IMG/VR virus record: IMGVR_UViG_3300021962_000023 | Location: 32,001 to 96,000 of that record | DNA: 64,000 bases | Source of the DNA: a virus | Reading direction: 5' to 3' (one strand) | Part shown: piece after piece, positions 1 to 8,563 of the stretch | Position numbering within the stretch: position 1 is the first letter of the stretch | Layout: each line of letters opens with the position of its first letter | The notes under the pieces: generated by a model | Seen by the model: the letters and a program-made list of their open reading frames with translations, nothing else | The model's database searches: none | What the model was told of the DNA's origin: nothing | Position numbers and translations under genes: made by a program

Positions 1-2047
1 TCAATACACCATTGTTACCAACTTGGTTTGAAATGAATACATATGGAGGTCTACCAGTGAAGATACCCGTACCACCTCTAACTTGCGTTTTTCTATCACC
101 AAATACATCGTGATTAAATCCGAAACGAGGTTCAAAAAGTGTTTGTGTTTTTGGTAACACACCTGTATTAAATCTCAATCCACCTGCGAATGTCATTGCT
201 GATACCGCTGGATTTTCTAATGCAGTTTGTTCGAATGAAATAACTGCCGCTCTTAAACCAAAAGTAAACTTTAAGTTTTCAGTTGCTTGGAATTCATCTT
301 GTCCGTAAACATCCAATCTATCAGTTTTCAATGTTTGCATTGGGTCAACTGCTCCTGGTAATGCCGAATAACGGAATTGGAAACGAGCTGGAACTAATGT
401 AGAAGGTGCTCCACCATTTGCTAATGATTGATTAGCTGCTGTGTAGAAATCATTTAAACTATTGAAGATATAAACACCATTAGATGCTGGGAAGAATAAG
501 TTATTAGATTGATACTTCTCATAGTTGAAACCAAATGTTAAAGTGTGTTTGTCTGCATACTTTGTTAAGTTGTTTGTAATATGGAAAGTATTGTAATCTA
601 ACTTATTTCCTGGAGTGAATGGGTCAAAACCCACTGATGTAAGAGTTGTTGCACCATCTTTAATATCAATCGTTGGGAACATTTGAGAACGATACGCTCT
701 ATCCTCAATCTGCTTGTCATATCCAACGATTAAGTTATTATGTAATGTGTTTGATAATTTAGAGTTCAATTCCAATACATAAGAACGAGTGTTATCCATA
801 ATAATGTAACCACTATTTTGGAAACTCATTGCTAATGCCGAAGTTGTTCTATTACCAAATCCTGCAGATGTAGAGTTTGAAATATTAATCTCTGCATCAG
901 AATCATGTTGTACATAACGAGCCGTTAATTTATGCTTATCATTGATGTTCCAATCCATACGAATCAAAAACTTCTTTGATGTATTTGCGTTGGAATATCC
1001 TTCAAACGGACCCGTTGTGTAGTTAAACTTATCTTGCATAAATTTAGATAAGTCCGATAATTGTGTATAAGTTGGTCTACTAACTTGCGAACCTGTCAAT
1101 GGAGAACCTGTTGAAATCCAAGTTGTACCTGGTTCAGTTTTCTCAATTTGTTCGTAGTTACCAAAGATGAATAATTTGTTCTTAATGATTGGTGCACCTA
1201 AACGGAAACCTTGTACCTTCTCATCAAATTTGGATGCCGTTACTTTAGTTCCTCTAGCGTTATCACCTACATATGTAGAACTATTATTTCTTTGTGTTTG
1301 ATATACAGAACCTTCAATTTCGTTTGTACCACTTCGTGTTACTGCATTGATACCTGCGCCAGTAAACCCACTCTGACGAATATCAAAAGGTGCAATATTA
1401 ACCTGAAGTTGCTCAATCGCATCTAAAGAGATTGCCGATGCTCCCGTTCTACCACCTGCCTGTGCAGATGAACCTAAACCGAATCCATTATTGAATTGAG
1501 AACCATCAATTGTAAAATTGTTCAAACGAGAATCTTGTGCTCCGAAAGAGTTTCCGTTTCCGTTTGGATTGTATTTAGTAATACCATCGATTGTTCTTGC
1601 TCCCGTAATTGGAATGTTTTGTAAATCTCTACGAGTAAATTGTTGAGATGCACCTGTTCTTTCTCTCGATATAATATTGTTTCGAGTAGAAACTACAACA
1701 ACCTCTTTTAAGGTTTTGTTCTCATCAACTAATAAGAAATTCACATTTGATGTAATACCTAATTGAGTATTAACATCTGTAACTTCCTCTTTCTTCGTAC
1801 CAACAAATGTTGCTTGAATTGTGTAAGGTCCTCCTACTCTAACAGCAGGTAACACATAACTACCCAACTTATTGGTAGATGTAGAATACTTCGTACCAGT
1901 TGGAGTGTGTACTGCTTGGATTGTTGCTCCAACCAACACTTCGTTTTTCTCATTCTTTACAACACCTGAAATTGAGGAAGTGGTTACTTGTCCAAATCCT
2001 ACAAAAGCAGATACTGAAAGGAGAAGCGATAAAATCACTTTTTTCAT
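1..2047 (-). CDS. TonB-dependent outer-membrane receptor, Oar-like (carboxypeptidase-regulatory-like domain, plug, beta-barrel); 3' end beyond window; missing from ORF track
   Basis: Translated by hand from ATG 2047: MKKVILSLLLSVSAFVGFG|QVTTSSISGVV (signal peptide followed by Gln), NNFTIDGSQFNNGFGL, ISLDAIEQLQVNIAPFDIRQSGFTGAGINAVTRSGTN (plug motif). The same frame at the window edge reads FTGRPPYVFISNQVGNNGVL. Confidence 0.93.
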   Translation of the reverse strand, partial: MKKVILSLLLSVSAFVGFGQVTTSSISGVVKNEKNEVLVGATIQAVHTPTGTKYSTSTNKLGSYVLPAVRVGGPYTIQATFVGTKKEEVTDVNTQLGITSNVNFLLVDENKTLKEVVVVSTRNNIISRERTGASQQFTRRDLQNIPITGARTIDGITKYNPNGNGNSFGAQDSRLNNFTIDGSQFNNGFGLGSSAQAGGRTGASAISLDAIEQLQVNIAPFDIRQSGFTGAGINAVTRSGTNEIEGSVYQTQRNNSSTYVGDNARGTKVTASKFDEKVQGFRLGAPIIKNKLFIFGNYEQIEKTEPGTTWISTGSPLTGSQVSRPTYTQLSDLSKFMQDKFNYTTGPFEGYSNANTSKKFLIRMDWNINDKHKLTARYVQHDSDAEINISNSTSAGFGNRTTSALAMSFQNSGYIIMDNTRSYVLELNSKLSNTLHNNLIVGYDKQIEDRAYRSQMFPTIDIKDGATTLTSVGFDPFTPGNKLDYNTFHITNNLTKYADKHTLTFGFNYEKYQSNNLFFPASNGVYIFNSLNDFYTAANQSLANGGAPSTLVPARFQFRYSALPGAVDPMQTLKTDRLDVYGQDEFQATENLKFTFGLRAAVISFEQTALENPAVSAMTFAGGLRFNTGVLPKTQTLFEPRFGFNHDVFGDRKTQVRGGTGIFTGRPPYVFISNQVGNNGVL

Positions 2048-2090
2048 ACTTGTTTTGTTTTTGTTAAAAAATTGTTTTAATTGTTAAAAT

Positions 2091-2118
2091 AAAAAAGGGG
2101 TACACTTTCATGTACCCC
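2091..2118 (-). terminator. Intrinsic terminator after the Hc1-like gene
   Basis: Perfect 8-bp stem GGGGTACA/TGTACCCC with a 6-nt loop, followed by U6 on the minus strand. Confidence 0.8.
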
Positions 2119-2128
2119 ACTGGGTTTA

Positions 2129-2299
2129 CTACTTCGATTCCTCAACAGATGCCTGTCTATAATCCGTAACTAATTTTTTTAAGTCACCGATTGCCGTTCG
2201 AGCGTTCTTTTGAGATACTTTTGTTGTCTTGTTGTGTTCTTCCACAAATGTGTTCCATAATTTACTCATCTGTTCGAACAATTCTTGCTTTTTAGCCAT
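2129..2299 (-). CDS. Histone H1-like nucleoid protein Hc1 family, Bacteroidota type, 56 aa; missing from ORF track
   Basis: MAKKQELFEQMSKLWNTFVEEHNKTTKVSQKNARTAIGDLKKLVTDYRQASVEESK resembles the small Bacteroidota Hc1 pattern (..RARK...LEK..KEFRKASVEASK). Has its own promoter and terminator. Confidence 0.7.
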   Translation of the reverse strand: MAKKQELFEQMSKLWNTFVEEHNKTTKVSQKNARTAIGDLKKLVTDYRQASVEESK

Positions 2300-2319
2300 A
2301 ATTTAAAATTTTAATTAAA

Positions 2320-2351
2320 CAAATATAAGGAAACTTTTTTACATTTCCAAA
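2320..2351 (-). promoter_or_regulatory. Bacteroidota sigma-A-type promoter (-33/-7)
   Basis: TTTG-N20-TATATTTG on the minus strand, upstream of ATG 2299. Confidence 0.8.
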
Positions 2352-2552
2352 TTATCTTCCTCTTCTTCTACGAAGTTCCATTTCTTTTAGATAGTGAGCC
2401 TTCCAATGGTATTCAACTGAAATAGGTCCATTTTGAAACTTATTCAAATCGTATTTCCATACACATCTTGAATCTTCATCTTCGAATACATATTCAAATT
2501 TTTTCCGATTTTCCGGTTTACTATTGTTTTCTTTAGTTACTTTTAGTGCCAT
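2352..2552 (-). CDS. Hypothetical protein, 66 aa
   Basis: ORF on the coding strand, directly downstream of a sigma-A-type promoter. Confidence 0.6.
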   Translation of the reverse strand: MALKVTKENNSKPENRKKFEYVFEDEDSRCVWKYDLNKFQNGPISVEYHWKAHYLKEMELRRRRGR

Positions 2553-2558
2553 ATTTTA

Positions 2559-2590
2559 CAAATATACAAAAAATATTTATATTTGCCAAG
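2559..2590 (-). promoter_or_regulatory. Bacteroidota sigma-A-type promoter
   Basis: CTTG-N20-TATATTTG on the minus strand. Confidence 0.75.
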
Positions 2591-3605
2591 TCCTTAACCC
2601 AAATTTATTAAAAGTAAATGGCTGATTGTATCCAATTTTTAATTTATCCAATTCTTTTATTACTTCATATTTTGTATTATTCGGGCAATAAAAGAAAATA
2701 AACCCACCACCACCTGCTCCACTTATTTTACCACCGGTAGCCCCATGTTTAAGTGCGGTATTGTATAATTTTTGAATTTCTGATGTTGTTATTCCACTAG
2801 CTAATTGAGTTTTTTGTTTGAATCCGTAATCCAATACCTCACCCAACTCTTCTATCTTTCCTCTAATTAAACAATCCTTTATAAGTTTTGCTTGTTCTAC
2901 CAATCCATGCAGAGATAGTAACGATGTCTTATTATCCTCTTCGATTTTCTTAACTTGTTCTTCCAATACATCCGAGCTCTTTCGGGTGAAATTTGTAAAA
3001 TAAAGAACGATATTGTTTTCCAATTCATCTTGTACTTTATCTTTTATACGAAGTGGATTAACTATCACATCATCTCCCTTAAACTCCATATAATTCCATC
3101 CACCAAATGCGGCAGCATATTGGTCTTGCTTTCCACCATTCTCTTTCAATTCATTTCTTTCGATTTGAACTGCCATATCAGCAATATCATATTCTCCTAA
3201 AGGTAAATTGAATAATTCCATATAAACACCTATAATCGAAACTATAAGAGTTGATGATGTTCCCAGTCCACTACCCGTTGGTACATCTTGATATGAAACT
3301 ATATCACAACCAAATGGTTCTATTTTAAATCGTTTACAAATGTGATTATGAGTTGCTTTAAAGAGTTTTAATCCATATGAACAATCTAACTCACTACTGA
3401 AATCGTGCTCTTCAAATTCATCCTTATTTACCCACTTAAATGTAATTTTAGTATCATCTCTTAATTCTAAAGATGTGTGTGTAAATAAACGAATAGTTGT
3501 ATTGATTACTGCTCCAGTATGATTTTTTGTATAAGATGGCATATCAGTACCACCACCACCAAAACTAATCCTGAACGGAACTTTGCTCCTGTAAATTTTC
3601 TTCAT
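2577..3605 (-). CDS. hddA: GHMP kinase, D-glycero-alpha-D-manno-heptose-7-phosphate kinase-like
   Basis: SKVPFRISFGGGGTD, DVPTGSGLGTSS, GGKQDQYAAAFGG, GGKISGAGGGGF. Likely start is MKKIY at 3605. Confidence 0.85.
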   Translation of the reverse strand: MKKIYRSKVPFRISFGGGGTDMPSYTKNHTGAVINTTIRLFTHTSLELRDDTKITFKWVNKDEFEEHDFSSELDCSYGLKLFKATHNHICKRFKIEPFGCDIVSYQDVPTGSGLGTSSTLIVSIIGVYMELFNLPLGEYDIADMAVQIERNELKENGGKQDQYAAAFGGWNYMEFKGDDVIVNPLRIKDKVQDELENNIVLYFTNFTRKSSDVLEEQVKKIEEDNKTSLLSLHGLVEQAKLIKDCLIRGKIEELGEVLDYGFKQKTQLASGITTSEIQKLYNTALKHGATGGKISGAGGGGFIFFYCPNNTKYEVIKELDKLKIGYNQPFTFNKFGLRTWQI

Positions 3606-4158
3606 CCTCTGGGTTTCCATTTTCTGCATACCAATTTTTTACATTTCGTTCTCCAACTAATAAGAAGAAGCAATTATAACACAATGCTCTAATGTTTTCT
3701 AATTTTCTATTATTAAGATTACCATCTAAAAAATCAATCAATAGTGGCATTTTTCCATCAGTAACTCTTTCTTCGCTGAATCCACAACTTGAACATACTT
3801 TTGGTAGGTATCCACTATCAAACAATTTGTTTTTGAATTTGAATAGAGGATATTTTAAATGCTTTCCTGCAATTAAATCATCGATGTGATATTTTTTGTT
3901 TTTGATTTTTTTGGCTCTCTCAATACCAATACCATATGGATTTTTTAAATCTTCAAAAATACCATAAAGTTTAGCATATTTCTTATAAGTGTTATAAGAG
4001 ATACCCAATGTTCGGGCTGCTTCGAATGCTGAACGTGATTTTTCTTGTGCCGCTTTTATTTGTGATTCTAATATAGGTTTGGCACCCAACCCTCTTTTTG
4101 TAATTCTACTTGTTTCTTCAATGTTTGGGAAGAATCCTTCCACTTCTTCGTTTTCCAT
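3565..4158 (-). CDS. HTH plus catalytically degenerate HNH/zinc-finger protein
   Basis: N-terminal SAFEAARTLGISYNTYKKYAKLYG (HTH-like). C-terminal CxxC..LLIDFLDGNLNN..ENIRALCYNCF, with both canonical His replaced by Phe. Confidence 0.7.
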   Translation of the reverse strand: MENEEVEGFFPNIEETSRITKRGLGAKPILESQIKAAQEKSRSAFEAARTLGISYNTYKKYAKLYGIFEDLKNPYGIGIERAKKIKNKKYHIDDLIAGKHLKYPLFKFKNKLFDSGYLPKVCSSCGFSEERVTDGKMPLLIDFLDGNLNNRKLENIRALCYNCFFLLVGERNVKNWYAENGNPEDEENLQEQSSVQD

Positions 4159-4191
4159 ACTAATAACTATTTGATTATACTAATAAGTATA

Positions 4192-4989
4192 TCAAATTAT
4201 TTTTATAGAACCATTTTTGGAAATAAATTTATTTGAAATTAGATATTTTAAAACAATATTTGCTATTTGTATATTACCATTTATACCGGCATGCCCATCT
4301 ATTTTAATCTTTAATTCATCGTTAATTGTCAAATTATTAATAGTGAACCATCTAGCCATCTGAACATTATCAAAATTAACAAAATTAAAATCGTGTTTCA
4401 AATTATTTGTTTGTAAAAATTCTTCAAAAAAAGTATTATCGATTAATATTACATTTGCATTTTTATATTTTAAAAAATACATCAATCCTAAAAAATTATT
4501 CATACTTTTTTTATATTCAAAATCAGTATTTATAAAATTATAAAAATACGATTCTAATTCTTTGTGAATTTTTTTTAAATCACCAATATCATATCCGGCT
4601 GCCACATCTGTCATATCGGTAGTGGGTTCTTTTATAGTTCCCCAAGTAACATTCATCAACCTATCCAATTGATTACAATATACTTCTTCTCTCCACATTG
4701 GTGGTAATTCTAATATAAAAAGAGTTTCGGAAATTGTTGATTGGTTATCATAGACATATTGATATGTTTTTCTAATTAATCTATTCATAGAGCCGCCCGA
4801 TGTGGCTTCATTATGAACACTCATTGATAATTCTTTACCTAATATATTTGGATATGCATATTGAATATAATCATCATCCAATTTGATTCCCAATATTTCT
4901 GAATATTTTTTTCTGATATATTCAAAATTAAGTCCACCTGCTCCGGTAAAACTACATCCATTTGCATATATTTTTCTAAAATAATTCAT
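4192..4989 (-). CDS. SGNH/GDSL-hydrolase-like protein
   Basis: ANGCSFT block I, NEATSGGSMNRLIRK, C-terminal DGHAG. Confidence 0.6.
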   Translation of the reverse strand: MNYFRKIYANGCSFTGAGGLNFEYIRKKYSEILGIKLDDDYIQYAYPNILGKELSMSVHNEATSGGSMNRLIRKTYQYVYDNQSTISETLFILELPPMWREEVYCNQLDRLMNVTWGTIKEPTTDMTDVAAGYDIGDLKKIHKELESYFYNFINTDFEYKKSMNNFLGLMYFLKYKNANVILIDNTFFEEFLQTNNLKHDFNFVNFDNVQMARWFTINNLTINDELKIKIDGHAGINGNIQIANIVLKYLISNKFISKNGSIKII

Positions 4990-5375
4990 TAAATTAAAAC
5001 TTTGATTAATTTAGAAAAAGTAGAATCAATATTATCGGATGTATCCAAGTCTATAAAAAATTCAGTAGGTGGTTCGTAATCAGTTACGACTCTATCGGTT
5101 CTCATTTTTTTAGTATGACAATATATTTCCTGAACTTTACATTCCGATTTAAATTTTTCTCTAAAAGTTCTATTTGGAAAAATATAAGTAATGACCACAT
5201 CGATACCACAACTATCTAAATACCGTGCAACATCTAATGGATTATCGGTTTGTCCCTCATCTATGTGAAACACCGATTTTCTCCAATTTTTTTTATCAGT
5301 TTGTAACCAAAATTGTAATTTTTTACCCAAAGTGGTTTTACCACTACCCGGCTGACCTGTAAAAAGGTATATCAT
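4989..5375 (-). CDS. Shortened adenylylsulfate-kinase (CysC)-like P-loop kinase
   Basis: FTGQPGSGKTT Walker A and YEPPT..LDTS C-terminal motif; the central DGDxxR region is shortened. Confidence 0.6.
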   Translation of the reverse strand: MIYLFTGQPGSGKTTLGKKLQFWLQTDKKNWRKSVFHIDEGQTDNPLDVARYLDSCGIDVVITYIFPNRTFREKFKSECKVQEIYCHTKKMRTDRVVTDYEPPTEFFIDLDTSDNIDSTFSKLIKVLI

Positions 5376-5378
5376 AAC

Positions 5379-6224
5379 TTATTTGTTTTTTAATGCAAAT
5401 TGTGCTGCTTTAAATGCTGGTTTATCTTTTTCGTATCCTAATGCTGTTTTTATTTTAATCATTTTACCCGTTTCTGGGTTTTTAATTTTCTTATCCAAAT
5501 CCTTTGGTAATAGAGATTTTAAACTCATATCATTACCTTTTACCGATTTTGGTTTAGTTACTTCCTTATCTTTTTGTTTAGAGGTTGTATCATTTTTTTG
5601 TTTAGGTGGATTTGGTATACCATGCTGAACATGTCTTACTTTCAATGATACTTCTGGATATTTTTTAGAAAGAGCTTTTACTGCTGAAATGTTTTTGTGA
5701 GAATCATCTATAAAAAACACATCGTTTACTCCACTTTTGATTTTACTTTCAATCCAATCAGCTTTCTTTTGTGGGTCAGAATCAGCTAATGCTACTACAT
5801 ATAATTTATCTAATCCTATATCAGATAAATAATCTTTGATTGGTTTATATGCGGCTCTAGCTGTTAATATTACGATTTCCGAACCACCTACTCTTACTAT
5901 ATTTTTAAGTAATCTTGTAACACCCTTAATCTCTTGTGGTTGTTTTACTTTTTCAAAATCAGAAAAATCAAATTGGTCACCTTCTTTTGGTTCATATATT
6001 GCATATTCGCCAGGTGTTAATGTTGATTTCTTACCATCTTTATGAGTAATGTATATGTTTGATTTTGTTTTAACTAATGTATCATCAAAATCAAATATTC
6101 TTAATTTCTTTTCACCAGCTTCTTGCAATGAGTTGAATGCAAAAGCGTTCATATTGGAATATACTTTTCCAAATTCTACTTTCATTCCATTCCACATTCC
6201 TGATGTTGCTGATTTTGAAAACAT
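5379..6224 (-). CDS. HAD-superfamily phosphatase with basic C-terminal KIKNPETG module; putative virion-internal protein
   Basis: IFDFDDTLVKT (DxDxT), ILTAR, K, FFIDDSHKN motifs; N-terminal leader ending in SLQE. Confidence 0.7.
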   Translation of the reverse strand: MFSKSATSGMWNGMKVEFGKVYSNMNAFAFNSLQEAGEKKLRIFDFDDTLVKTKSNIYITHKDGKKSTLTPGEYAIYEPKEGDQFDFSDFEKVKQPQEIKGVTRLLKNIVRVGGSEIVILTARAAYKPIKDYLSDIGLDKLYVVALADSDPQKKADWIESKIKSGVNDVFFIDDSHKNISAVKALSKKYPEVSLKVRHVQHGIPNPPKQKNDTTSKQKDKEVTKPKSVKGNDMSLKSLLPKDLDKKIKNPETGKMIKIKTALGYEKDKPAFKAAQFALKNK

Positions 6225-7045
6225 TATTCTTCTATTATTTCTATTTTAATTTTAGGAACATATCCATCTGGTAATTGTGAATTTATTCCTTTAAATTCTT
6301 TAACCTTATCTTTAAAGTAAGTAATTTGTAATATTTTATCAGTCAAATTCATTACTGTTTGAGATGATGTGGACATTTCAGCCGTATCTCTTTTCATATT
6401 CAGTTGTGGTCTTTTTGGAAAAAACTCTTTTCTCATAGCTTGTGCTATTTCTTTCCAATCCTCCACTTTATCAACTGATTTTTCTGCTGATATTTTTCTC
6501 ATTTGAGATGAAAGGTATTTCTCGCCATGCGTATATCCTGCATCGGTAAACATATGTCCGTGATTTGTTCTAACTACTGCTGATTCGGTATTTTGTATTT
6601 GGATATCCGGTTTGTGCTTTGATGTAGTTTCAATACTAACCATATGTTTCGGAGATGATATAAATGTATGTCCTTTTAAAGATAATCCACTTTTCCCCTT
6701 ATATGTTATTGCCGCTTTTATTGCTTGTTTTAATGTTGGTTGTTTGATGATGTTTCTCATTTTATCACCATCTGGTCCGGGCTTACCACCTTTTTTTACA
6801 ATTTTATGTTCTGCCTCATCGTGTCCTACTAATAGAGCGGAATTCACAACACCAATACCATTTTCATTTAACCCCTCACTCCAATCGGTTATAGTATCGT
6901 GTAAATATGCTACTTCAATTCCATCCATTACAGTATGTATAATTTCTAAAGTTGGTTGATATGCCCTATCTCTATTTTTTGCTAAGATAAATTTATCATT
7001 AATTTCTTTAGATACAATAATACATTCTTGTAGAATCTTAGCCAT
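6224..7045 (-). CDS. Ntn-hydrolase (C45/NRDE-like) with a 7-aa N-terminal extension before the putative nucleophile Cys
   Basis: MAKILQE-CIIV..ILAKNRDR, WSEGLNENGIGVVNSAL, VRTNHG. Confidence 0.65.
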   Translation of the reverse strand: MAKILQECIIVSKEINDKFILAKNRDRAYQPTLEIIHTVMDGIEVAYLHDTITDWSEGLNENGIGVVNSALLVGHDEAEHKIVKKGGKPGPDGDKMRNIIKQPTLKQAIKAAITYKGKSGLSLKGHTFISSPKHMVSIETTSKHKPDIQIQNTESAVVRTNHGHMFTDAGYTHGEKYLSSQMRKISAEKSVDKVEDWKEIAQAMRKEFFPKRPQLNMKRDTAEMSTSSQTVMNLTDKILQITYFKDKVKEFKGINSQLPDGYVPKIKIEIIEE

Positions 7046-7355
7046 TTAATGTTTGTTTCTTTGATACTTTCGTTTTCTTATTAAGTTCTTCGTTTTCTCT
7101 GGTAAGATATTCTACTTTAACAGTTAATGCGGCTACTTCCTTTGTTAAGGATAATACCATATTACGAAGTTCATCCTTTTCTTTTGCGGCGGATTCTAAT
7201 AATGCTTCTAATTTTGCAATTCTATCTTTACAATCATGCCTAATGAAATCTTCATCTCTCTCTTTAGCCATTGCTCTCTTTTCGTAATATCTCCAAGCAC
7301 CAGTTCCGCCTAATACTGTTACTAGCGTTATTAAAACTGTATACAAATTATCCAT
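7038..7355 (-). CDS. Single-TM membrane-anchored coiled-coil protein (possibly holin-like)
   Basis: Hydrophobic N-terminal LYTVLITLVTVLGGTGAW followed by a heptad-rich C-terminus. Confidence 0.5.
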   Translation of the reverse strand: MDNLYTVLITLVTVLGGTGAWRYYEKRAMAKERDEDFIRHDCKDRIAKLEALLESAAKEKDELRNMVLSLTKEVAALTVKVEYLTRENEELNKKTKVSKKQTLNG

Positions 7356-7360
7356 TGATT

Positions 7361-7885
7361 TTATTTTTTATTTATTTCTTTACCAGCTTTAACTGCATCT
7401 TTATATGCTTGAGAATTTTTAGGTGAAGGTTTTTCACCTCTAGCTCTCTTAGCTCTGATATTTGCCCACAATCCAGGTCCTTCCTCTTTTACAGGTTCCT
7501 TTTCACCATCATCGCCATCCATTGCATCATGTACCGAATTTAATTGGTCTACTGCTAATGTGATTTGTGAATACATCCAAGAGTCTAAAGTTTGTCCTTC
7601 TTGCATTCTTTTTGCAATCATACCAGCGTAATCTCCAATTCTTTCGAGTTGTCCCATTGTCATTTCGTTCAAACCTGATAGAGTTTCTTCTGGTGAAGAT
7701 TCATCACCTTCTTGCATTTTATGCTTCAACAATTCTGTCATTTTGTTGAATATTTGCTCTCCTCCATTTTTCCCTAAACGATACGCACCGCCTAACTTCT
7801 CATACACCTTAATCTTATTGGACATTGGCATATTTTTTTCATTTACTGCTTTCCAAGCTTTAGGATTGGTTACTTCAAATTTCAT
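7361..7885 (-). CDS. Putative head-internal modular protein with several xxE processing sites
   Basis: Modules separated by AVNE, KMQE, GLNE, RMQE and PVKE; basic C-terminal GLWANIRAKRARGEKP; late motif upstream. Confidence 0.45.
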   Translation of the reverse strand: MKFEVTNPKAWKAVNEKNMPMSNKIKVYEKLGGAYRLGKNGGEQIFNKMTELLKHKMQEGDESSPEETLSGLNEMTMGQLERIGDYAGMIAKRMQEGQTLDSWMYSQITLAVDQLNSVHDAMDGDDGEKEPVKEEGPGLWANIRAKRARGEKPSPKNSQAYKDAVKAGKEINKK

Positions 7886-8562
7886 ATTATTTTTTTAATT
7901 TCTTTGTATTCATTTAATACTATTACATCATATAAATATTGAAAAAAAAATAGATGGCCAGTTTTATTTAAATGCTTATCATAATTATTTACCCAATATT
8001 CTGGAGTTTTTTCTATAATGTTAGCCATTAAACTATAATTGTTTCTGAATTTGATTATATTTTTATCAAATTTCAATACCAATGATTGTTGAAATTCTGC
8101 AAAAGCATTTGGTTCTGTTTTATAGGATAGTTCGGTATCCAAAGACCATATATAAAATTTTATATTTCGTTGTTTTAAATATTCACATATAAATGAATAT
8201 TTTATAATATCCTGTCTTATATACTCATCCATATCCAATACCTTTCTACTGAAGAATTGAAAATCCAATTCATCAAATCTTTCATCGTATTCTAAATGTA
8301 TAGTTGTATTTTTAAAATGGTCTAGCAATCTATTATAAAATCCAATTTCCAATATAACAATATCATCCGATTGAATACATTCGTACTCTTTAAAAAATTT
8401 GTTGATTATTTCACCATTACATGCTCCTACCAATGAATGATTTATCAACCCCATTCCTAATTTTTTAGAAAGTAATTGAGGCCAACTATCTTCTATTTTA
8501 ACCGAATCATTTGTTGTGAAATGAGTTGAAAATGAATCACCAAAAACAATCAAATTATTCAT
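7882..8562 (-). CDS. SGNH/GDSL-hydrolase-like protein
   Basis: VFGDSFS, NHSLVGACNGEI, DKHLNKTGH. Confidence 0.6.
   Translation of the reverse strand: MNNLIVFGDSFSTHFTTNDSVKIEDSWPQLLSKKLGMGLINHSLVGACNGEIINKFFKEYECIQSDDIVILEIGFYNRLLDHFKNTTIHLEYDERFDELDFQFFSRKVLDMDEYIRQDIIKYSFICEYLKQRNIKFYIWSLDTELSYKTEPNAFAEFQQSLVLKFDKNIIKFRNNYSLMANIIEKTPEYWVNNYDKHLNKTGHLFFFQYLYDVIVLNEYKEIKKII
7931..7939 (-). promoter_or_regulatory. Putative late promoter motif ATATTTATA
   Basis: One of eight exact copies, each 18-46 nt upstream of a start codon. Confidence 0.55.
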
Positions 8563-8563
8563 T

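Noticed and set aside
1-2300. Host chromosomal DNA or a prophage boundary at the left end
   Set aside because: Same strand, same promoter class, same GATC absence, and no integrase or att site visible. It cannot be fully excluded without flanking sequence.
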